From positions 192,001 to 256,000 of the forward strand of contig JBEKYR010000002.1 in assembly GCA_049510745.1 (NCBI GenBank): a stretch of 64,000 nt of DNA, read 5' to 3'. Source of the stretch: Verrucomicrobiota bacterium (GTDB taxonomy: Bacteria; Verrucomicrobiota; Verrucomicrobiia; Limisphaerales; Palsa-1400). Numbering within the stretch: position 1 is the stretch's first letter; each line of letters opens with the position of its first letter. A program made the translations under genes and the position numbers. This document shows positions 58,122 through 64,000 of the stretch, one piece after another. The notes under the pieces are model-generated. The model had not been told where the DNA came from. It was given only the letters and a program-made list of their open reading frames with translations, and did no database searches.

Positions 58122-59702
58122 CTACGGGCGCGCCCAGTAGCGGTAATTGACGTTGGGGAAAATGTTGTCCATTTGCTCGATTTGACTGAGCCAGGGGGCG
58201 TCGATTTTTTTCGCGCTCAACTGCTCGTAGAGGGAGAGAAAACGCGAGAGATGCTCTTTGACGCGGCGGGCGGCGTAGTCGGGACTGGTGCCGGAGCGGA
58301 GAATGAAGGGCCAGTCGCTGGATTGGGCCAGGAGCAGCTCGCGGGCGGCTTGTTTGAGAGCGCGTTCCTGCACGCCCTTGACGCCGGAAAACCGCTCCGC
58401 CAGGGCCGTCATGCGCGATTGGGCGATGCGGAGGTGGGGATAAATCCATTCGTTGGTTTCGTTGAGCCAGACGCGCCAAAAGCCTTCCTCGCCCCAGCTT
58501 GAAGCGGCGGGCATGGCCACTTGCTGGGTCGGGTAGCGGCGGAGATATTCGCCGGGCGTGATGAAAGTGAAGGCCTGCTGGTCGTAATAGGCCTTGCGGA
58601 TGAAGAAATTCAAAAACTCCGGGCCTTCATACCACCAATGGCCGAAAAGCTCGGCGTCGTAAGGCGAGAGCACCAGCGGCGGGCGGTCGAGAATGGCTCC
58701 GAGCTTGGCGATTTGTTCAACGCGCGCCCGCAGGAAGTGGCCGGCGTGTTCATCGGCGGCGCGCACGGCGGCGTCCCGGTCGTAAATTTGCTTGTCAAAG
58801 GTGTCCCCGGTGATGCGGTGGTATTTGATGCCGGTAAAACCGCGCGCGTCGGGCGCGGGTAAAAAAGGTTTGACGTAGTCAAAATCCAGGTCGAACCCGA
58901 TGTCGCGGTAAAAATCGCGGTAGCGGGGGTCGCCGGGGTAGCCTTGTTGCGTGCTCCAGACCTGGCGGGCGGAATCGAAGTCCCGTCCAAAGGCGGCCAC
59001 GCCGTTGGGGGTGAAAACCGGGGCGAAAACCCCGTAACGCGGGCGCGGCCGGGCGTGCAGCAGGCCGTGCATCTCGGTGACAAACCAGCGGATGTTGGCT
59101 TCCTGGAGAGGTTTTTCGATGCCTTCGATGAAGGCGCATTCCGGCAGCCAGATGCCGCGCGGGTCGCGTCCGAAACACTCGCGGTGGTAGTCGCGGGCGA
59201 CGAAAATCTGCGCGCGCAGGGAGGGGGGATCGTCGGCCAGCAAAGGCAGCAGGGCGTGCGTGGCGGCGCAGGTGGCGATTTCCAGCAAGCCGTTGTCCTG
59301 GAACTTGCGGAAGGCGCCGACGAGATTGCGCCCGTAGTCAAAATAAGTTTCCCGGATCCCGGAGAAGCGATGATGATACATCCAGGCCAGCGCGCGATAG
59401 GCGGGGTCCCAATGCGTGCGGTGGATTTCGTTTTCCGCCAACTGGATCAGGCCGTCCAGATGCCGGACGTAGCGCTCCTGCAACATGGGGTCCAGCAGCA
59501 TCGCGCAGAGGGGCGGGGACATGGACATGGTCAGGCGCGTCTTCATCCCGTCGTTTTGCCAGCCCTCCATAAATTGGAGCAGAGGGACGTAGGTTTCGGT
59601 GATGGCTTCGAAGAGCCAGTTTTCCTCGAGAAACTTTTCGTGCTCGGGATGCCGGACAAACGGCAGGTGAGCGTGCAACATCAAAGCGAAATGGCCTTGC
59701 AT
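58122..59702 (-). CDS. GH57 alpha-1,4-glucan branching enzyme-like protein (DUF1957)
   Basis: LHAHLPFVRHP, ETYVPL, GIWLPEC, YDAELFGHWW, ARELLLAQSSDW. Confidence 0.93.
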   Translation of the reverse strand: MQGHFALMLHAHLPFVRHPEHEKFLEENWLFEAITETYVPLLQFMEGWQNDGMKTRLTMSMSPPLCAMLLDPMLQERYVRHLDGLIQLAENEIHRTHWDPAYRALAWMYHHRFSGIRETYFDYGRNLVGAFRKFQDNGLLEIATCAATHALLPLLADDPPSLRAQIFVARDYHRECFGRDPRGIWLPECAFIEGIEKPLQEANIRWFVTEMHGLLHARPRPRYGVFAPVFTPNGVAAFGRDFDSARQVWSTQQGYPGDPRYRDFYRDIGFDLDFDYVKPFLPAPDARGFTGIKYHRITGDTFDKQIYDRDAAVRAADEHAGHFLRARVEQIAKLGAILDRPPLVLSPYDAELFGHWWYEGPEFLNFFIRKAYYDQQAFTFITPGEYLRRYPTQQVAMPAASSWGEEGFWRVWLNETNEWIYPHLRIAQSRMTALAERFSGVKGVQERALKQAARELLLAQSSDWPFILRSGTSPDYAARRVKEHLSRFLSLYEQLSAKKIDAPWLSQIEQMDNIFPNVNYRYWARP

Positions 59703-59708
59703 GGGGAA

Positions 59709-59936
59709 TTAATCCAGGTCCTTGGTAAAATGTTCCGCGATGGCCCGGCTTTTCCAAAAAAGAGCCGCGCCGGCCAGGAAGGGGAGGGCCTTGAGCGCCA
59801 GCACCAAAAACCCGTTGGCGGGACGATGCGATAAATACAAATAAACATCGTTGGCGTAGAGTCCCAAGCTTACCAACATGCAACCCAAAGCCAGCAACCG
59901 GAACGCCGCAAGGACAGCTTTGGTGTAGGGACTCAT
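59709..59936 (-). CDS. Small membrane protein
   Basis: Two TM segments; lies co-directionally between the DUF4912 and GH57 genes. Confidence 0.6.
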   Translation of the reverse strand: MSPYTKAVLAAFRLLALGCMLVSLGLYANDVYLYLSHRPANGFLVLALKALPFLAGAALFWKSRAIAEHFTKDLD

Positions 59937-59949
59937 CTCGAAAGCGGCC

Positions 59950-59976
59950 AAAAAAAGGGCAGGCCGAGGCCTGCCC
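59950..59976 (-). terminator. Intrinsic terminator after the DUF4912 gene
   Basis: Minus strand GGGCAGGCC-tc-GGCCTGCCC followed by T7. Confidence 0.8.
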
Positions 59977-59985
59977 CGATCGCAT

Positions 59986-61335
59986 TCATGTCACCGCGCT
60001 GACCAGCGGCGGCTTCAAATTCTTATCCTGCGGATGCGCGCCAACGTCCCCCTCATAGCGGGTGCTCCGGCTGAACTTCAGCCCGGCCCGGCGCGTTTCC
60101 TCGCCGTCCGCGGAATGCGCCGCGGCCGGCAGGGCATAATCGCCATCGGGCAGCGCGAAGCGGAAGCTGAAGGAGCCGTCGGGGCGGAGTTTGATTTTCC
60201 GGTCGCCGATGGTCACGGTGGCGTCCGGTTCGGTCGCGCCGTAAATGATCAATTCGGCGTTGACGTTGAACCAGAAACCGCGGCGGCGCTCACGTCCGCC
60301 GAAGGGGCTGGAGACGCTGGAGACGGCGCCCAAGGCAGACGAGGGAAGACTGAACAGGCCGACGCCGGCGGAGGAGACTTGCTGTTGCAATTGGCGGCGG
60401 ATCAATTCGGTGATTTCCAGCGAGCCGATCCAGACGCGCCGCACCTGGTCCATGGAGACGATTTCCCCCAGGGCTTTCTCCTGGGCGGGAGTCCACCGGC
60501 TCTTGACCTGTTCGGGGGTCGGGAGATTTTTAAAGCCTTGCGCCCGCATCTGTTGCAAGGCTTCGACCAACGGCACGTGTTCGCTCAAAGCGACTTTCAC
60601 CATCGCCAGCAGTTCCGCGAAGGACACCTCCGGCGGAATGGTGGCAAAGCGAACCGACGTATCGTCCGAGAGGCTGTCCGGCGGGGTGAACGTGGCGCCG
60701 GAGCGGGTGAGGCTGACCCATTGGCGGCCGGCAGCGAAGTAGCCGAGATCGGCGAGGTATTTGGCGCTGGCATGGGGCACCGGAACGAACCAATTGCGCG
60801 ATTCGGGATGGAGATGAATCTGCGCCAGAGGCTCGCCGCCCAGCGCGCCGCGATAGACGCGCAGAATCAAATGGCCATCGACGGAGAGGGAATTGTGCTT
60901 CTTGATCTGCTCCCGGGTCATGTCCCAATGCGCATAAAGCCAGTGCGGATCGCGGGCCGTCAGGAAAAGTTGCTGGGTGCCGTAGGCTTCGGGCAATTCG
61001 ACGTTCGCCTGGAGGGCGGGCGGGGTCTGGGCTTTCGGGCCGAGAGCGTAGCGTTGGCCGGGACCGCTTGGGACAGGGGCAGCCGGGGCGTCGCCTTCCA
61101 GAAGAATGGGCGGAATCTTCACGGCGGTGGAGGGCGCGGCTCGTTCGGCTTTGGGGGCGGCGGCGGGAATGGGCGCGGGCGCGGTCGCTGTGGTTTTGGC
61201 GACTGGCGCGGCGGGGTGCGGGGTGGAGGTCGAGGCCGCAGCGGTTTTGGAATGGGGCGTGGCGGTGGCGCTGGATTTGGCGGTTTTGCGCGCGGGTTTC
61301 CGCGGGCTGTCAGAATTTCTCGGTTTCATAGGCAT
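59986..61335 (-). CDS. DUF4912-domain protein
   Basis: LPEAYG..LFLTARDPHWLYAHWD; FWFNVNAELIIYGATEPDA..LRPDGSF; low-complexity N-terminus. Confidence 0.88.
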   Translation of the reverse strand: MPMKPRNSDSPRKPARKTAKSSATATPHSKTAAASTSTPHPAAPVAKTTATAPAPIPAAAPKAERAAPSTAVKIPPILLEGDAPAAPVPSGPGQRYALGPKAQTPPALQANVELPEAYGTQQLFLTARDPHWLYAHWDMTREQIKKHNSLSVDGHLILRVYRGALGGEPLAQIHLHPESRNWFVPVPHASAKYLADLGYFAAGRQWVSLTRSGATFTPPDSLSDDTSVRFATIPPEVSFAELLAMVKVALSEHVPLVEALQQMRAQGFKNLPTPEQVKSRWTPAQEKALGEIVSMDQVRRVWIGSLEITELIRRQLQQQVSSAGVGLFSLPSSALGAVSSVSSPFGGRERRRGFWFNVNAELIIYGATEPDATVTIGDRKIKLRPDGSFSFRFALPDGDYALPAAAHSADGEETRRAGLKFSRSTRYEGDVGAHPQDKNLKPPLVSAVT

Positions 61336-61492
61336 ACACGTGCGAAAGGCAGAACAATCTTTCCAACGGCAACTATGGCCGACGCATCCCCCCGGCGCAA
61401 ATAGAAAAAGGGGGTGATATTGAGAAACCGTTTAAAACTCAGCGCATTGACGGCGGGGATCCTCCCGCAGAAAACCTTTAGCTGAAAATGAA

Positions 61493-61529
61493 CCGGGGGT
61501 TTCGCCCGCGCAACGGACAAAACCCCCGG
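61493..61529 (-). terminator. Hairpin terminator after the sorting-signal gene
   Basis: Stem CCGGGGGTTT / AAACCCCCGG, then ttcatttt on the minus strand. Confidence 0.6.
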
Positions 61530-61570
61530 CTGTAATCTTACATCCTTTCAGGATGCGCCAAAATCAGGAT

Positions 61571-62230
61571 TTAGACCAACTTCCTGCGCAAGAAGCCCAG
61601 GCCCAGAGAGGCCATTCCAATCAACCAGCAGGTCGAACTGGCATCAGGCGCCGAACCGGCCGAACCGAGGGTGACATCCGTTATACCAGGGAGGGCTCCT
61701 CCCCTACCGTTGTCCACAATGATCTCGAAACCGGTGAAATACTCGCCGGGTGAAGCGGTATAGCCCTCAAACTGAAGCTGCCCTTTACCGGAGTCGGCGA
61801 TAGTCAGGCTCGGATAAACGTAAGTGCCGAGGTCCGTCGTTATATCAATGGTGATCGTGCTCGAACCCCAAAAGGAGGAATTGCCAATCAGGAAGCCGAA
61901 CGCGCTATATTGAGGACCGGTGGCGATAGAGCCAACGATGGGCGTCCAATAATTATCGCCAATGAGTGGCTCGGTCGTCGTGTATGGCGTCTCATCTCCC
62001 CAAGTCAGGTTTTGTTCGGAGTTGTAAGTTACATCGCCCCGGGTGAACGGGTTGCCAGGCCATCCAAAACCCGTCCCGAAATCGTCAAAAAACGAATCGT
62101 AGGCGATAGTTGTCGAAGCATCAAAGGCCGCTTCGTTTCCTGTGTTGCTCACGGCGGCCTGAACCGCAACGGTTGCGCTGGCCAAGCCAAAGACGACCAT
62201 CGCTGTTTTGATTCTAATCAGTTTGTTCAT
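61571..62230 (-). CDS. Exported protein with a VPDSG/PEP-CTERM-type sorting signal
   Basis: Signal peptide; C-terminal APDASST + TM helix + RRK. Confidence 0.85.
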   Translation of the reverse strand: MNKLIRIKTAMVVFGLASATVAVQAAVSNTGNEAAFDASTTIAYDSFFDDFGTGFGWPGNPFTRGDVTYNSEQNLTWGDETPYTTTEPLIGDNYWTPIVGSIATGPQYSAFGFLIGNSSFWGSSTITIDITTDLGTYVYPSLTIADSGKGQLQFEGYTASPGEYFTGFEIIVDNGRGGALPGITDVTLGSAGSAPDASSTCWLIGMASLGLGFLRRKLV

Positions 62231-62304
62231 ATACACACTCGGTTTTTTTGAATTTAGTCTAGATCATACTGCACTGCCTTTTTATAAGGCAACCTTCTTA
62301 TCGC

Positions 62305-62320
62305 AGCAGTCTGGGTGCCA
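62305..62320 (-). promoter_or_regulatory. Sigma-54 (-24/-12) promoter
   Basis: TGGCACCCAGACTGCT on the minus strand (GG-N10-GC), about 75 bp before the ATG. Confidence 0.65.
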
Positions 62321-62534
62321 TAGTTTCGTCTTTTACGAATTCAATACTTAACATATTACAAATCAACATGTTGCGATTACATAAACCCGAATAAATAGAG
62401 GGTGATAATTGCCCCAAACGCAAAGAAAGCCGACAACTCTTTGCGATAGAGGGCCGGGAGTGGGTTCCAAATAATGCCTAATTAGTTGACAATAAGCGGC
62501 TTGAAAATGGTTCGCCCTCTTTATTCGTTAAATC

Positions 62535-62556
62535 GTAAAGAAACCCGGCACTTTAC
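62535..62556. promoter_or_regulatory. Putative enhancer-binding-protein site
   Basis: GTAAAG-N10-CTTTAC, about 215 bp upstream of the sigma54 site, with an AT-rich spacer between. Confidence 0.5.
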
Positions 62557-62701
62557 AGGCAAACTGAAACTGGGAGCGGCTTTTCCGGGCAATTGTGTCG
62601 TTGCCGCCGGCCTCGGCGAAGAAAACGCAAGGCGTTTCTCAAGACGCTGACGGACCCTTCGCTTCCAGCCAAACCGGCGAAGCCCCTGGCGCATAACCGA
62701 A

Positions 62702-63469
62702 TCACATGCCCATTATCTGATAGCCGCAATCCACGTAGAGGACCTGGCCGGTGATGGCGGCGGCGCCGTCGCTGGCCAGAAACGTGCCGGCGGCGCCCAG
62801 TTCGTCGGGAAGGACGTTTCGCTTCAGCGGCGCGTGCGCCTCGTAATGCTTGAGCATGTCGGAGAAGCCGGCGATGCCGCGGGCGGCCAGGGTGTTGACC
62901 GGGCCGGCGCTGATGCAGTTGACGCGGATTTTTTTCGGCCCAAGGTCGTAAGCCAGATAGCGGGTGCCGGCTTCCAGAGCGGCTTTGGCCACGCCCATGA
63001 CGTTGTAATGCGGCACGACTTTTTCCGAGCCGTAATAGGTCATGGAGAGAATGCTGCCGCCGTCGGTCATCAGGGGCGCGGCGGCGCGGGCCAGGGCGAC
63101 CAGGGAATAGGCGCTGACGTCGAGGGCGACGCGAAACGCGTCGCGCGTAGTATTGACGAACGTGCCTTCCAGGGCTTCGCGCGGCGCGAAGGCGACGGAA
63201 TGGAGCAACAAATGGAGTTGGCCGAATTTCCCGCCAACCTCGGCGAAGACGCGCGCGATGTCCTCGTCCCGGGTCACGTCGCAGGGGAGGATGAGGGTGT
63301 CCGGGCCGAAGGCGGCGAGTTCCTCGACGTTTTCCTTGAGGCGTTCGCCCTGGTAGGTGAAGGCGAGCGTGGCGCCGGCGTTGCGCCAGGCCTGCGCGAT
63401 GGCCCAGGCGATGGAACGTTTGTTGGCGACGCCGAAAACCAAACCGATCTTTCCAGCAAGCAATGACAT
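62702..63469 (-). CDS. fabI: Enoyl-ACP reductase FabI
   Basis: GVANKRSIAW, HSVAFAP, YNVMGVAKAALE, ISAGPV.TLAA. Confidence 0.97.
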   Translation of the reverse strand: MSLLAGKIGLVFGVANKRSIAWAIAQAWRNAGATLAFTYQGERLKENVEELAAFGPDTLILPCDVTRDEDIARVFAEVGGKFGQLHLLLHSVAFAPREALEGTFVNTTRDAFRVALDVSAYSLVALARAAAPLMTDGGSILSMTYYGSEKVVPHYNVMGVAKAALEAGTRYLAYDLGPKKIRVNCISAGPVNTLAARGIAGFSDMLKHYEAHAPLKRNVLPDELGAAGTFLASDGAAAITGQVLYVDCGYQIMGM

Positions 63470-63553
63470 GATGGTTACGAGTTAAAGTTGTTAGTTATTG
63501 GCGTAAGGGCGGCGATACCCTCAGCGAATAGAATCCAGAGCCGAAGAACCGAC

Positions 63554-63754
63554 TCACTTCCCTTCCCGGAAGCGGCGCCCGCTCGCCTCATCTTCCGCGA
63601 GCCAGCCCTGGATTTCTTCGTCGGTAAATTGGCGGGGCACGGGCAACTCCGCGTCAGCCACTGGAACGACGCGGAGCAGGAAGCGCAGCAACTGCTGCTG
63701 CTCTTCGGAGGGCAATTTCACCGCCGCCTGCTCAATGTCCATCAACTTGCTCAT
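63554..63754 (-). CDS. Small antitoxin-like hypothetical protein
   Basis: MSKLMDIEQAAVKLPSEEQQQL..; resembles addiction-module components; no intact toxin follows. Confidence 0.5.
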   Translation of the reverse strand: MSKLMDIEQAAVKLPSEEQQQLLRFLLRVVPVADAELPVPRQFTDEEIQGWLAEDEASGRRFREGK

Positions 63755-64000
63755 CCGTTTTATAGTGCCTGAACCCGCAGTGATTGGCAAGCGTCGGCGG
63801 TCCACTTCCCAAATCCCTCATTGTCCCGGCGGCGCGGTTCTGCTACCTTAATGCTGTGAAATTTCGTCTGGCGTGTGTCCGGTTGCGCAATCTGCTCTTG
63901 GCGGCGTTTCTTTCCCTTTGCCAGCTCGCACACGCTCAGGAGAAACATCTCCGCCTGCGCAATGAACTCATCACCACGCGGGCGGGCGAAAAGGCGGCGG

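Noticed and set aside
63760..64000. Open minus-strand frame entering from the window edge
   Set aside because: Partial and without a recognisable motif; cannot be assigned.

Overview
High-GC bacterial chromosomal window. Gene content and style (Ig/LamG secreted proteins, VPDSG/PEP-CTERM-type sorting signal, eukaryote-type HisA) suggest Verrucomicrobiota, probably Pedosphaerales/Limisphaerales; this is inference. It is mostly housekeeping: gyrBA, kdpFABC, recA, lpxA, degP, ctpA, exuT plus a sugar-acid dehydratase, carB (N-terminal half only), ribDE-ftsY-nusB, hisA-proC, dnaN, iscS, ligA, GH57, fabI. Several small AT-richer accessory insertions are present. Main observations: (1) a 2651-bp IS1-family-like cargo element (20027-22677) with 18-bp inverted ends, an exact 8-bp target duplication, a decayed transposase and an intact RHH + XRE-ImmA/IrrE + DUF4411 cargo; (2) a large DNA methyltransferase with a C-terminal nuclease-like domain, preceded by an unannotated 52-aa relic of a different methyltransferase class; (3) a candidate oriC unwinding element upstream of dnaN with no adjacent dnaA; (4) a cleanly terminated half-length CarB; (5) a CtpA lacking its catalytic Lys; (6) two small kdp peptides missing from the ORF track; (7) tandem NrdR-like boxes before gyrB and a sigma54 promoter plus enhancer before the sorting-signal gene. 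No rRNA, tRNA or CRISPR array was seen. All family calls come from reading motifs by eye; no searches were run.
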